Source of the DNA: Nitrospirales bacterium
GTDB lineage: Bacteria; Nitrospirota; Nitrospiria; Nitrospirales; UBA8639
Assembly: GCA_965223295.1 (NCBI GenBank)
Contig: CBDCWC010000002.1
Coordinates: 576,001-640,000, forward strand
Length of the DNA stretch: 64,000 nucleotides
Direction of reading: 5' to 3'
Shown: positions 34,964 through 45,749 of the stretch, in pieces
Numbering within the stretch: position 1 is the first letter of the stretch
Layout of the letters: every line of letters begins with the position of its first letter
Notes under the pieces: generated by a model
What the model saw: the letters and a program-made list of their open reading frames with translations, nothing else
Told to the model about the DNA's origin: nothing
The model's database searches: none
Translations under genes and position numbers: made by a program

Positions 34964-35488
34964 ATGACGATGACCATTCCCTCAGATATTTCTCAGGCAC
35001 CTTCTGCCAAGGGAGGCTCTTCTCGCCGAGTCGCCAGGCAATTAGCGTTACAACTTCTCTTTCAGCAAGAATTTCAAGTAAAAAATGAAAGTTTGGAAGC
35101 AAAGTTTTGGGAAAACCAGTCCGTCTCTGACTCGGTGCGGGCTTTTGCTTCGAGCTTGTTTGATGGAGTCAAGAATCATCAAGCGGATATTGATCATATT
35201 ATTCAAGCCTATGCTATCGATTGGTCCATTGCGCGCATGCCTGTCGTTGATCGTAATATTCTTCGGTGTGCCATCTACGAACTGGTATGGGAGCCTGCCA
35301 TACCTGCTGCCGTAACGATTAATGAGGCGGTTGAACTCTCCAAGCGATTTGCGGATGAAGAAGCTCAAAAATTTATCAATGGCATGTTAGATCATATTCT
35401 TCGACGAGAAGAACGTTTGAGCAAAAAACGTCAGCCAACGATGCCAACGGTTTCTGAAGAAATCCCACCACCAAAACCTGCGTCTTGA
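34964..35488 (+). CDS. nusB: transcription antitermination factor NusB
   Basis: RRVARQLALQLLF, DRNILR, INEAVELSK, FINGMLD; follows ribH. Confidence 0.95.
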   Translation: MTMTIPSDISQAPSAKGGSSRRVARQLALQLLFQQEFQVKNESLEAKFWENQSVSDSVRAFASSLFDGVKNHQADIDHIIQAYAIDWSIARMPVVDRNILRCAIYELVWEPAIPAAVTINEAVELSKRFADEEAQKFINGMLDHILRREERLSKKRQPTMPTVSEEIPPPKPAS

Positions 35489-35503
35489 TGCCTTCTCAAC
35501 CCT

Positions 35504-36823
35504 ATGATTGATCGGTATACGCGGCCACAGATGGGGGCCATTTGGACCCAGCAACGAAAATATGAATATTGGCTGTATATAGAGTTAGCCGTCTGCCAGG
35601 CTATGGAGGAGATCGGGCAGGTTCCTCAGGGGGTAGCCAAACGGATACGGAAAAAAGTCTCCATTAATCCTTCCCGTATTGCTGCCATCGAACGTGTGAC
35701 GAAGCATGACGTCATTGCCTTTTTAGAGGCTATCGCAGAGCAAGCTGGAAAAGACGCCCGGTTTCTCCATGCAGGTCTCACCTCGTCTGATATTTTGGAT
35801 ACCGCCTTGGCCTTACAAATGGTGGAGGCCTCCAGTCTACTCATGGACGATCTTGATGTCTTGCTTGCTTCATTAAAAGATTTGGCCTTTGCCCATCAAG
35901 ACACGTTCATGGTTGGACGTTCGCATGGCATTCATGGAGAGCCGATCACCTTTGGTTGGAAAGTTGCCATTTGGTATGAAGAATTTACACGTCAACACCA
36001 GCGTCTGAATGCTGCGGTTACAGATATTGCTGTGGGAAAACTTTCTGGCGCGATGGGAACGTTTGCCCATTTGCCTCCCAAGATAGAAAAAACTGTCTGC
36101 CGTCAATTGGGATTAACACCGGCACCTATTTCGAATCAAGTGATTCAACGGGACCGCCATGCCGCATTTCTGTCGGCCCTGGCACTTGTTGCAGCCAGTA
36201 TTGAAAAGGTAGCTACGGAAATTCGACATTTACAGCGTACAGAAGTGTTGGAAGCTGAGGAATATTTTGAGCCCGGGCAAAAGGGGTCCTCCGCCATGCC
36301 ACATAAGCGAAACCCAATTGCGTCAGAGAACTTGTGTGGATTAGCTCGAGTCGTTCGAAGTAATAGTCTTGCCGCCATGGAAAATGTGGCACTCTGGCAT
36401 GAACGGGATATCAGCCACTCATCTGTTGAACGAATTATCATTCCGGATAGCACCATTTTGCTGGATTATATGTTGGCTCGAATAACAAGGGTCTTGTCTA
36501 AGTTGGTTGTCTATCCAACTAATATGATGAAGACTCTCAAGCAAACAGGTGGGTTGATATTTTCGCAGCGTTTGTTACTTGCCCTCATTGACAAAGGGGC
36601 TATTCGAAAAGATGCTTACGAGCATGTTCAACGTCAGGCGATGGCTGCATGGAAAGGGCAGGGAAAATTTCAAGAATTGGTAGAACGTGATTCATTTATT
36701 GCCAAGCATTTGTCACACAAAGATATTGCCGCCTGTTTTAATCCCAGAGCCTATGTCCGTCACCAACAGCAGGTTTTTAGACGAGTCTTTGGATCAAAAA
36801 AACCCTCTATCGCTGACAAGTGA
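35504..36823 (+). CDS. purB: adenylosuccinate lyase
   Basis: MIDRY, GRSHGIHGEP, GSSAMPHKRNP, HERDISHSS. Confidence 0.97.
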   Translation: MIDRYTRPQMGAIWTQQRKYEYWLYIELAVCQAMEEIGQVPQGVAKRIRKKVSINPSRIAAIERVTKHDVIAFLEAIAEQAGKDARFLHAGLTSSDILDTALALQMVEASSLLMDDLDVLLASLKDLAFAHQDTFMVGRSHGIHGEPITFGWKVAIWYEEFTRQHQRLNAAVTDIAVGKLSGAMGTFAHLPPKIEKTVCRQLGLTPAPISNQVIQRDRHAAFLSALALVAASIEKVATEIRHLQRTEVLEAEEYFEPGQKGSSAMPHKRNPIASENLCGLARVVRSNSLAAMENVALWHERDISHSSVERIIIPDSTILLDYMLARITRVLSKLVVYPTNMMKTLKQTGGLIFSQRLLLALIDKGAIRKDAYEHVQRQAMAAWKGQGKFQELVERDSFIAKHLSHKDIAACFNPRAYVRHQQQVFRRVFGSKKPSIADK

Positions 36824-36870
36824 CGCAAGACTAAATATTCAAGTAAACCTTTAAGGTAAAGGATCAAAAA

Positions 36871-37575
36871 ATGGAAAAAGGTGAGATGTTGTACGAAGGT
36901 AAGGCCAAAAAAATTTTTCTCACTGAGAAGGAAGATGAAGTCATCCAATACTTTAAGGATGATGCTACCGCGTACAATGCGGAAAAGAAAGGAACTATTC
37001 TAGAGAAAGGGATTGTGAATAACAAAATATCAACCAGACTGTTTCAGGTCCTAGCAGATGCGGGAATTCCCAGTCACTTTATTCAACAACTTAACGACCG
37101 GGAAATGTTAGCGCGGCGGGTCGACATTATTTTGATCGAAGTGGTGGTTCGAAATCGAGCGACTGGAAGCATTATCAAGCGGCTAGGTTTAGAAGAAGGG
37201 ATGTTTATCAATCCTCCTTTAGTCGAATTTTTTTATAAAGATGATTCATTGGGAGATCCGCTTATTACGGATGACCATATTCGGCTGCTCAAATTGGCCA
37301 CGCCCGCTCAGGTCGCAGAATTGCGGGATCAGGCCATCAAGATTAACGAAGTGCTTTTGCCATTTTTTCAAAAGCGCGGGATGATGCTGGTGGATTTTAA
37401 GTTAGAGTTTGGTCTGTGGAACGGGCAAATCATTTTAGCCGATGAAATCTCACCAGATACCTGCCGTTTTTGGGATATCCAAACTGGAGAACGTATGGAT
37501 AAAGATCGCTTTCGAAAAGATTTAGGCCGCATTGAAGAAACCTATCAAGAAGTACTCAAGCGGGTCTGTAACTAG
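36871..37575 (+). CDS. purC: SAICAR synthase
   Basis: YEGKAK, FKDDATA, LVDFKLEFG, ADEISPDTCRFWD, DKDRFR. Confidence 0.97.
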   Translation: MEKGEMLYEGKAKKIFLTEKEDEVIQYFKDDATAYNAEKKGTILEKGIVNNKISTRLFQVLADAGIPSHFIQQLNDREMLARRVDIILIEVVVRNRATGSIIKRLGLEEGMFINPPLVEFFYKDDSLGDPLITDDHIRLLKLATPAQVAELRDQAIKINEVLLPFFQKRGMMLVDFKLEFGLWNGQIILADEISPDTCRFWDIQTGERMDKDRFRKDLGRIEETYQEVLKRVCN

Positions 37576-37587
37576 GGCAGGGCTCTT

Positions 37588-37833
37588 ATGAAGGCGAAAA
37601 TCTACATTACCCTAAAAAATGGTATTCACGATCCTCAAGGTCTAGCCATCCAACAGTCACTCAAAACCCTTGGGTTTGATGATGTCAATAACGTGCGAAT
37701 GGGAAAATTCTTAGAAGTTGATATTAAAGCGGCAAAGAAGGAAACGGCTGAATCCCACATTACCAAGATGTGCCAACAGGTACTTGCCAATACTGTCATT
37801 GAAGATTTTCGATACGAAATTAGTGATTCGTAG
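37588..37833 (+). CDS. purS: FGAM synthase subunit PurS
   Basis: DPQG, VRMGK, LAN.VIE. Confidence 0.95.
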   Translation: MKAKIYITLKNGIHDPQGLAIQQSLKTLGFDDVNNVRMGKFLEVDIKAAKKETAESHITKMCQQVLANTVIEDFRYEISDS

Positions 37834-37864
37834 CCTAGATTAGACGAAAGCAACGACACTCCAC

Positions 37865-38575
37865 GTGAACATCGGCATTATTGTTTTTCCCGGTTCCAAT
37901 TGCGATCGTGACTGCGCCCATGTGGTGTCCCATGTGATGGGGCAAACAGCGCAGCTCATTTGGCATCAGGACACCTCTCTCAAGGGCATGGATGCCATCA
38001 TTCTGCCTGGTGGATTTTCCTACGGGGATTATTTGCGCACCGGATCGATTGCCCGCTTCTCGCCAATTATGGAAGCCGTGATCGCCTTTGCCAATCAGGG
38101 AAGATTGGTTTTAGGTATTTGCAATGGCTTTCAAATTCTCTTAGAAGCCGGATTGTTGCCCGGAGCCATGTTGCGTAATACGGGTTTATCGTTTATTTGC
38201 GAAGATGCGTATGTGCGTGTCGACAATGCCGATACACCGTTTACCAATCAATGCCGGGCTGGCCAAATTCTGACGCTTCCTATCGCACATGCCGAAGGAA
38301 ATTACTATACCGACCCGGTGACGTTATCAGCTCTTCAAGCCAACGCCCAAATCGTTTTTCGTTATTGTGACAAGAATGGTAAAGCTACGACGGCTGCTAA
38401 CCCGAATGGATCCGTCGATAATATTGCCGGCATCCGGAATGCCGCAGGCAATGTGTTAGGCCTGATGCCCCATCCCGAACGTTGTGCCGAAATGATCTTC
38501 AATAATCAGGACGGCCGCCTTATTTTTGAATCGATGATGGCCGCGTTCTTGAAGGAAACGCCATGGTCGGTTTGA
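37865..38575 (+). CDS. purQ: FGAM synthase subunit PurQ
   Basis: [32 protein letters not shown]. Confidence 0.97.
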   Translation: MNIGIIVFPGSNCDRDCAHVVSHVMGQTAQLIWHQDTSLKGMDAIILPGGFSYGDYLRTGSIARFSPIMEAVIAFANQGRLVLGICNGFQILLEAGLLPGAMLRNTGLSFICEDAYVRVDNADTPFTNQCRAGQILTLPIAHAEGNYYTDPVTLSALQANAQIVFRYCDKNGKATTAANPNGSVDNIAGIRNAAGNVLGLMPHPERCAEMIFNNQDGRLIFESMMAAFLKETPWSV

Positions 38576-38610
38576 AGAGACAGTGATCATCTGAAACGCG
38601 TAATCCATAT

Positions 38611-38838
38611 ATGGAAGTCTTTCCTGGCATAACGATGAGTCCTGAAATTTGTGACGGAAAGCCATGTGTTGTTGGCTCTTCTTTCGATGTGGCGACCATC
38701 GTGGGGACCCTAGGGGCCGGGAAGTCATATGAGGATGTTGAAGAAATTTTTCAGATCAGTCGAGAGCAGATTTATTCAGCGCTGCGTTATGCCTCTTATG
38801 TGACAGACCATTTGCCATTGAAGATGCCCTCATCTTAG
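38611..38838 (+). CDS. DUF433 domain protein
   Basis: I..SPEICDGKPCV.G....V..I...L..G.S..........S.EQI..ALRYA pattern. Confidence 0.8.
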   Translation: MEVFPGITMSPEICDGKPCVVGSSFDVATIVGTLGAGKSYEDVEEIFQISREQIYSALRYASYVTDHLPLKMPSS

Positions 38839-38909
38839 ATAGGGCAGAGGACAGAGTGGACGCGTCTGTGGTACATTCTTCCCTCTATGTGTGAGTGGAG
38901 TGTTTCAAT

Positions 38910-38943
38910 CTTCACCCTTCCCTTTTCCTGCCTGGGAGAGGGG
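38910..38943 (+). repeat. degenerate REP-like element
   Basis: CTTCACCCTTCCCTTTTCCTGCCTGGGAGAGGGG, related to the palindrome at 4790-4810. Confidence 0.35.
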
Positions 38944-39086
38944 TAGAAAACCAAATTTCTGGCAATCTCAAATTTTGTGACTAGAGCTTTGCTTTCTTCC
39001 GACTTTTCACGTTTTCCACTCGGCCAAATCTGCTTCATGTTTGTTGTTCGTCTAGCCAAAACTCAGTGTATAAGGCTTTGCCTCCT

Positions 39087-41339
39087 ATGACGATTGCCAA
39101 AGAACTTGTGACACAACATGGGTTGTCTGAGGACGAATATCAGAAAATTTTAACCCACTTAGGTCGTGAACCAAACATGACTGAGTTGGGTATATTTTCC
39201 GTGATGTGGAGTGAACATTGTAGTTATAAAAGCTCACGAGTACATCTCAAGCGGCTTCCCACCGAAGGTCCGCATGTGGTCCAGGGACCAGGTGAAAATG
39301 CCGGCGCGGTGGATATAGGCGACGGATTGGCTGCGGTCTTTAAGATGGAATCGCATAACCATCCGTCTTTTATCGAACCTTTTCAAGGAGCCGCTACCGG
39401 AGTCGGTGGAATCCTCCGTGATATTTTTACGATGGGTGCGCGACCGATAGCACTTTTAGACTCGCTGAGGTTCGGTGAGCTCGATACCGCACATAATCGG
39501 CATCTTTTAAGAGGCGTCGTCTCCGGTATTTCCTGGTATGGCAATTGTATGGGGGTACCCACCGTCGGCGGGGAAATTACCTTTAACAATATTTACTCTA
39601 AGAATCCTTTAGTCAACGTATTTTGTTTAGGTATTGTCAAAAAAGATCGCCTGTTGCGTGGGCTGGCTAAAGGCGCAGGCAATCAGGTTCTCTATATTGG
39701 TGCGAAAACAGGACGAGATGGCATTCATGGAGCCACCATGGCTTCTGATAGTTTTGATGATGCCTCTGAAGCCAAGCGCCCCAACGTCCAAGTTGGTGAT
39801 CCATTTTTAGAAAAGCTCTTACTTGAAGCATGCCTCGAGTTTTTAGAACAAGACCTTTTGGTCGGCATTCAGGATATGGGAGCGGCGGGTTTAACCAGTT
39901 CGTCTTGTGAGATGGCCTCACGTTCGGGAACGGGTATCGAACTGGATGTGGCCAAGGTTCCCCGGCGAGAACCTAATATGACGCCTTATGAAATTCTTCT
40001 TTCTGAATCGCAGGAACGGATGCTGTTAGTCGCACAACCAGGCAAGGAAGCTGCTGTTCTAGCCGTATGCCAAAAATGGGGAATTGATGCGGCCGTTGTT
40101 GGACGTGTGACGGATGATGGCTTTCTTCGTGTACGAGAAGGGGAAGCCATTGTTGCCGAAATTCCGGCCAAGGCTATTGCCGATGAGGCTCCGCGCTATG
40201 AACGTCCTTCAGCACCGCCTCAATATCAAGACCCGTTGCAAGCCTTAAATTTGGATGCCCTACCGGATGTCAAAGATCCGGCTGACGCGTTGCTTCAGCT
40301 GTTAGGTTCTCCAACAATTGCGAGTAAACGTTGGGTGTTTCGGCAGTATGACTATATGGTGGGGACCAATACGGTTGTGTGTCCAGGATCAGATGCCGCC
40401 GTGATTCGGCTGAAAGGGACCGACAAAGCGCTTGCTCTGGCCACCGATGGGAATAGCCGGTACTGTCTTCTTCATCCCTACATGGGAGGAGGGTTAGCCG
40501 TAGCGGAGACTGCTAGAAATCTCGTCTGTTCGGGTGCTCAACCTTTAGGAGCCACAGATTGTTTGAACTTTGGAAATCCTGAACGGCCTGACATTATGTG
40601 GCAGTTTATTATGGCGGTGGAGGGCCTGGCCGATGCCTGCCGGGCTCTGGAAATTCCTGTGGTGAGCGGTAACGTGAGTTTGTATAATGAAACGAACAGT
40701 CTCTCTATCTACCCAACGCCCATTATTGGAATGGTGGGTCTCATTGAACGGCAAGAGGATATTACGACACAATGGTTTAAACAGCCTGGTGATGCCATTC
40801 TTCTATTGGGAGAAACAAGAGAAGATATTGGTGGGACAGAATATCTTAAAGTCATACATTCGAGAGAGCAGGGGATGCCTCCCTGGTTAGATCTTGAGCG
40901 TGAACAGGCTATGCAGAAATGCCTTTTGTCTTTGATTCAACAAGGATGGATTCAATCAGCCCATGATTGTTCAGAGGGAGGGCTCCTCGTAACGCTTGCT
41001 GAAAGTTGTCTCACGCACCCCACGTCAAAGGTAGGAGCTAATATCTCTCTCAACCAGGAACGCTTACGCCTTGATGCCCTGTTATTTGGTGAAAGTCCGT
41101 CACGAGTCGTGATCTCGGTTAAACCGGAAAACCTTGAGTCAGTGCAATCCTCGATTCAAGATCTGAATGGAAATGTGCTGATGAGCATATTAGGCCATGT
41201 CACTGAGGAGCAACAGCTGGCTGTGAAGGTCATGGGCTCCAACCTGGAACCAATAAGTCAGTTCTCTTTGCCTATCGCTGATCTGGCTGATCGTTGGCAT
41301 AACAGTTTCGCCCAGCATCTTGCAGGTAAACAGGTGTAA
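39087..41339 (+). CDS. purL: FGAM synthase subunit PurL
   Basis: [49 protein letters not shown]. Confidence 0.97.
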   Translation: MTIAKELVTQHGLSEDEYQKILTHLGREPNMTELGIFSVMWSEHCSYKSSRVHLKRLPTEGPHVVQGPGENAGAVDIGDGLAAVFKMESHNHPSFIEPFQGAATGVGGILRDIFTMGARPIALLDSLRFGELDTAHNRHLLRGVVSGISWYGNCMGVPTVGGEITFNNIYSKNPLVNVFCLGIVKKDRLLRGLAKGAGNQVLYIGAKTGRDGIHGATMASDSFDDASEAKRPNVQVGDPFLEKLLLEACLEFLEQDLLVGIQDMGAAGLTSSSCEMASRSGTGIELDVAKVPRREPNMTPYEILLSESQERMLLVAQPGKEAAVLAVCQKWGIDAAVVGRVTDDGFLRVREGEAIVAEIPAKAIADEAPRYERPSAPPQYQDPLQALNLDALPDVKDPADALLQLLGSPTIASKRWVFRQYDYMVGTNTVVCPGSDAAVIRLKGTDKALALATDGNSRYCLLHPYMGGGLAVAETARNLVCSGAQPLGATDCLNFGNPERPDIMWQFIMAVEGLADACRALEIPVVSGNVSLYNETNSLSIYPTPIIGMVGLIERQEDITTQWFKQPGDAILLLGETREDIGGTEYLKVIHSREQGMPPWLDLEREQAMQKCLLSLIQQGWIQSAHDCSEGGLLVTLAESCLTHPTSKVGANISLNQERLRLDALLFGESPSRVVISVKPENLESVQSSIQDLNGNVLMSILGHVTEEQQLAVKVMGSNLEPISQFSLPIADLADRWHNSFAQHLAGKQV

Positions 41340-41387
41340 TGGCTTTTTCATTGGTCAGTCTTTCAATTTCCTTTCCTTTTTGAATCT

Positions 41388-42839
41388 ATGAAATCTCTTC
41401 CGATGATTCATCGTTCATCTTCCCCTGATGGTTTTCAGGAAGAATGTGCGGTATTCGGTATTTCCGGTCACAAAGAAGCGGCAAATTTAGCCTACTTAGG
41501 CCTCTATGCGTTACAGCATCGTGGACAGGAAGGGTCAGGAATTGTGTCGTCTGATGGGGAACGGTTTTATCAGCAAAAAGGGTTGGGGCTGGTTGCTGAT
41601 ATTTATTCAAAAGGAAAGTTGAAACAATTGCCGGGAGCCAAAGCGATTGGCCATAACCGTTATTCCACCGCAGGGAGTGGCGATCTACATAATGTTCAAC
41701 CATTGTCCGTCAATTTTGCGTTTGGCAATTTGGCTCTAGCACATAATGGTAATCTCATTAATGCAGGTGTGTTACGGGGCGAGTTAGAGGCCTACGGCGC
41801 AATCTTTCAATCCGATTCCGATAGCGAGGTGATTATTCATTTAATCGCTCATTCCAAAGGTGAGACAGTCGTTAATCGAGTGATTGATGCCTTGAGCCTG
41901 GTGAGAGGAGCCTTTTCGCTGGTTTTGCTCACTGACGATCATCTCATCGCTGCTCGTGATCCGTTTGGCTTCCGTCCCTTGTGTTTGGGACGGTACAAAG
42001 ACAGTTGGGTGGTTGCGTCTGAAACCTGTGCCTTTGATTTGATTGATGCCAAATTCGAACGGGAAATTGAGCCTGGAGAAATTGTGGTGATTCAAGGGAC
42101 TGAATTAACTTCGTATCATCCCTTTCTTGATCGGGGCCGGGCACAATGTATTTTTGAATATGTCTATTTTGCCAGACCAGATTCTAAAATTTTTGGCTCG
42201 CATGCGGTGTATCCCATACGCAAAGCCTTTGGCCGACAACTCGCCAAGGAATGCCCGGCTGAAGCCGATTTGGTTATCCCGGTTCCTGACTCAGGGGTTC
42301 CAGCAGCACTTGGATATGCTGAGGGCAGGGGCTTGCCTTTTGAAATTGGATTAACCCGAAATCATTATATTGGCCGGACCTTTATTGAGCCGCAACAAGC
42401 CATACGTCATTTTGGAGTTAAACTGAAGCTGAATCCTGTTCCCGATGTGTTAGAAGGGAAACGTATTGTGGTCGTTGATGATTCAATTGTGCGCGGAACC
42501 ACGAGTCGAAAAATTGTGAAAATGCTTCGGCAAGCTGGAGCTCGGGAAATTCATATGCGAGTGAGTTCCCCGCCAGTGCTTGCCCCCTGTTTTTATGGAA
42601 TTGATACACCAAATCAAAAGGAGCTTATTGCAGCGAAATGCTCTCTTGAAGAAATTCGACGCTATATCACGGCTGACAGTTTAGGTTATTTAAGTCTTGA
42701 AGGTATGCTAGCGACCGCTCCTGATGCTTCTCATCATTACTGCAATGCCTGTTTCACAGAAAACTATCCCATTAGTTTAACGAAAGCGGAACAAATGCAG
42801 CTTGGGCTTTTTGAGCCCGACCAGATCCCTTCATCGTAA
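41388..42839 (+). CDS. purF: amidophosphoribosyltransferase
   Basis: EECAVFG (Ntn Cys after propeptide), LQHRGQE, CIFEYVYFARPDS, VVDDSIVRGTT. Confidence 0.97.
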   Translation: MKSLPMIHRSSSPDGFQEECAVFGISGHKEAANLAYLGLYALQHRGQEGSGIVSSDGERFYQQKGLGLVADIYSKGKLKQLPGAKAIGHNRYSTAGSGDLHNVQPLSVNFAFGNLALAHNGNLINAGVLRGELEAYGAIFQSDSDSEVIIHLIAHSKGETVVNRVIDALSLVRGAFSLVLLTDDHLIAARDPFGFRPLCLGRYKDSWVVASETCAFDLIDAKFEREIEPGEIVVIQGTELTSYHPFLDRGRAQCIFEYVYFARPDSKIFGSHAVYPIRKAFGRQLAKECPAEADLVIPVPDSGVPAALGYAEGRGLPFEIGLTRNHYIGRTFIEPQQAIRHFGVKLKLNPVPDVLEGKRIVVVDDSIVRGTTSRKIVKMLRQAGAREIHMRVSSPPVLAPCFYGIDTPNQKELIAAKCSLEEIRRYITADSLGYLSLEGMLATAPDASHHYCNACFTENYPISLTKAEQMQLGLFEPDQIPSS

Positions 42840-42967
42840 CACCACCGCTGTTTTCTTGCTGCCCTCAAAAATCCTGTGATAACATCTATCAGCCAACATT
42901 GACTTGGTAGAGTAGTCTAGCAAGCGGAAAGATTTTTCCAGATGCTGACATAATCACAGGAGGATTC

Positions 42968-43522
42968 ATGATGACACGACAACTCAGAAGAAGCCTCATA
43001 TTTGCAGCCATGGTCCTTGGGTTCATTGCCATTGCACAGGCAGGAAGTTTTTTTAAAGTAGGTGAGCCCGCACCAAGTTTTACGTTAACTTCGTTAGATG
43101 GCCAGAAGGTCTCTCTGGATCAATTTAAAGGAAAGGTCATTGTGCTAGGCCTCTTTCACATTTGTCAGCCGTGTTTGGAACAAGGCACAAATTTGCAGAA
43201 AGTTTATGAAGCCACTCAGGGCAAGCCTGTCGCAGTTGTGGGAGTCAATTCTTCAGGTGATTCTCAAGGGGACGTCGGTGAATTTCTCCAAACATTTCCA
43301 GTCAAAGTGACATACCCCTATTTATTAGACCCTGAGCAAACCACCGATAAACTCTATGGCGGCGGAAAATTTATTCCGAATGTGTATGTGATTGATCAAC
43401 AAGGCTTGATCCGTTGGCAACGGGTGGGGAATTTTTTCACCGACGGAACTTTGGCAGGCCATGAAATGATTTTAGCAGAAGTCGAGAAGCTCTTAGGCTC
43501 GTCGATGCCTTCTGCCATGTAA
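42968..43522 (+). CDS. exported TlpA/AhpC-TSA-family thiol-disulfide oxidoreductase
   Basis: signal peptide, APSFTL..LDG..VSL..FKGK, CQPC (CxxC), IP..YVID..G. Confidence 0.85.
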   Translation: MMTRQLRRSLIFAAMVLGFIAIAQAGSFFKVGEPAPSFTLTSLDGQKVSLDQFKGKVIVLGLFHICQPCLEQGTNLQKVYEATQGKPVAVVGVNSSGDSQGDVGEFLQTFPVKVTYPYLLDPEQTTDKLYGGGKFIPNVYVIDQQGLIRWQRVGNFFTDGTLAGHEMILAEVEKLLGSSMPSAM

Positions 43523-43557
43523 CGCAAAAGAATCGTCGGTAGAAGGATAGGAATGGC

Positions 43558-43797
43558 ATGGATGAATTTGAAGAAGGAAAACAAAAATTTCTTGAACTGG
43601 TTGCCAATCTCGATGAGACGGTTGAAGTCGTGATTCCAACGACGCCTTCACAAAGTCTCTTTAAGATTTCCCTCTCAAAAGGAGGTAATCGAACCTTTCT
43701 GACGGTTCATGAAGACGATATTTTAGACCTTCCTGAAGAATCCTCTGCTCAAGAAAAAACACGGTCCATGTTGCAGGAAACCATAGGCGCCTTATGA
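43558..43797 (+). CDS. small acidic hypothetical protein
   Basis: 79-aa ORF; stop overlaps the next start (ATGA). Confidence 0.7.
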   Translation: MDEFEEGKQKFLELVANLDETVEVVIPTTPSQSLFKISLSKGGNRTFLTVHEDDILDLPEESSAQEKTRSMLQETIGAL

Positions 43798-44393
43798 AGG
43801 CTCTGCTTCCAAACATCTGGGAGTGGTCGTGGTTCTCTGAAGACAAGCAACTCAATTTTAATGGCCACTTTTTGACTGTTGGCGAACACCGGATTCTTGT
43901 CGATCCTCCTCCAATGGAGGCGAAGGATATGGCATTTGCCCAGCAAGGCGGTCCAGTTGATTATATTATTATCACGAATCGGGACCACGAACGAGAGGCC
44001 GGTCGATTACGCAGCGAGTTTCAATGTACCGTCATGGTGCCGGAATGTGATGCTCCAGAAATGTCGCTCAGTTCTGTTAAAACCTATAAGGATGGAGAGT
44101 TGCTGCCCGGCGGTATTTGGGTCATGCAACTAGCTTATCAAAAGTCACCCGGGGAAAGTGCCTTATTTTTAGAAACAGGAAAAGGTATTCTTATTGTTGG
44201 TGATGCCATCATAGGGAATCCAGAAGGGGTGTTGCGCCTTCTTCCTCCTGAAAAATATACTGATATCATGCGAGCGCGTGAAGGTTTACGTCGATTATGT
44301 AAGTATAATTTTGATAGTCTCCTTGTGGGTGATGGAACATCTCTTCTGACTGGAGCCAAAACTCTGGTAGAGCAGATGCTTGTTGAGGCGTAA
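43794..44393 (+). CDS. MBL-fold protein (degenerate metal motif)
   Basis: ILVDPP, ITNRDH in place of HxHxDH, KSPGE, GDA, LLVGDG. Confidence 0.75.
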   Translation: MKALLPNIWEWSWFSEDKQLNFNGHFLTVGEHRILVDPPPMEAKDMAFAQQGGPVDYIIITNRDHEREAGRLRSEFQCTVMVPECDAPEMSLSSVKTYKDGELLPGGIWVMQLAYQKSPGESALFLETGKGILIVGDAIIGNPEGVLRLLPPEKYTDIMRAREGLRRLCKYNFDSLLVGDGTSLLTGAKTLVEQMLVEA

Positions 44394-44467
44394 CGAGATT
44401 CACGATGCCGTCCCCTCCTTTCCTTCTGTCTTTTGTCATGCTTGGTCAGGGTTGTGAGTGACTTACA

Positions 44468-45271
44468 ATGGCCTGGTCTCAATCTGCTGATCTCAATTCC
44501 TTAGGCAACCAATATTTTTCCAAAGGATTTTATACTGAAGCCTTTCAATGCTATGCCCAAGCATTGGAAGTCGATCGAAAAAATGGGGATCAACGAGCCT
44601 TGGCCACGACCTTAGGAAATCTTGGAAATATTTGTGCTGTGAGTGGGCGTCGTGAACAAGCCCGTACATATTACGCTGAAGTGCTGGAACTGCAGAAAAT
44701 TCTTGGTGAGGATCGTGGTATCAGTATCACATTAGCCAATCTAGGCAATGTATCCGCTGATGCCGGAGAGTGGGAACGCGCCCGCGCGTATTATTTAGAA
44801 GCCTTGGATATGATGAATCTGTTGTCGAACTATGCAGGCAAAGCCGTGTTACTTTCGGATTTAGGCTTGGTTGCCCGCGAAACTGGGCAAGAGGCAGAGG
44901 CTTTTTCCTATTATCAAGAATCCCTCGTCTTGATGCGTCGGGCTGGAAATGACGAAGGCCAGGCCGATGTCTTTCGAATGATGGCACGACTGTATTTGAA
45001 ACAAGGGCGAGTAGACGAAGCTCAGTCTTGTACGCTCACGAGCTTGGATGTCGCTCGACGACTGAAAGACGAATTACGCATGGGTGGAGCCTGGTATGTT
45101 TTGGCCAGTTGTTATGAGGCAAGAGGGGATTGGAAACAGGCTGTCCAGTATCTACAAAAGGTCGTACGTATTGATGAAAAATATCAACTTCCCAAACTCA
45201 ATGAAAATACGCAACGTCTTCAAGCTTTATCGATACGGCTGAGGAAATCAGCGGAATCTTCTCATGCGTGA
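44468..45271 (+). CDS. tetratricopeptide repeat protein
   Basis: repeated ~40-aa units LGNLG....G....A..YY..AL. Confidence 0.88.
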   Translation: MAWSQSADLNSLGNQYFSKGFYTEAFQCYAQALEVDRKNGDQRALATTLGNLGNICAVSGRREQARTYYAEVLELQKILGEDRGISITLANLGNVSADAGEWERARAYYLEALDMMNLLSNYAGKAVLLSDLGLVARETGQEAEAFSYYQESLVLMRRAGNDEGQADVFRMMARLYLKQGRVDEAQSCTLTSLDVARRLKDELRMGGAWYVLASCYEARGDWKQAVQYLQKVVRIDEKYQLPKLNENTQRLQALSIRLRKSAESSHA

Positions 45272-45701
45272 CATCCTTTCCATTTCTCCTCATTGGGCCA
45301 CCGCGCGCACTTCTCTGCTCACAACAATTGCAGGGTGGTTTGATTCTCTCGACCACGAGCCGCTGACCTTATCTTTGCCTGATGAAGAGTGGTTATTGGA
45401 AGTGACGCCTGATGGTCGTCTGGTCTGTATGGCGGGGTATGATTTAGATGATATGAAAAGCATGCTTTCCGATGGAACCGCGGAAGATTTAGGGAGTGAT
45501 GAGTTAGCCAAACAGGTCAAGTTTTTTCTTCAACAAACCACGTCAAAGTACCGCCGAAAATTGATGGCCGAAGGATTTACGGAACGAATAGAAATGAATG
45601 ACGACTTTGTGGCCGCGAACTTTGAACAAGAGGTTGATTTGGAATCAGTTGCCGAAGTCTGTGCGAAGATTCAATCCTGCCAAACCTGGTTTCGTCCATA
45701 A
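45264..45701 (+). CDS. hypothetical protein
   Basis: 145-aa ORF overlapping the TPR gene stop. Confidence 0.7.
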   Translation: MRDILSISPHWATARTSLLTTIAGWFDSLDHEPLTLSLPDEEWLLEVTPDGRLVCMAGYDLDDMKSMLSDGTAEDLGSDELAKQVKFFLQQTTSKYRRKLMAEGFTERIEMNDDFVAANFEQEVDLESVAEVCAKIQSCQTWFRP

Positions 45702-45749
45702 CACGAGTATGCAACAGCCTGCACACTGCACATCTGGTCATTATTTTTA

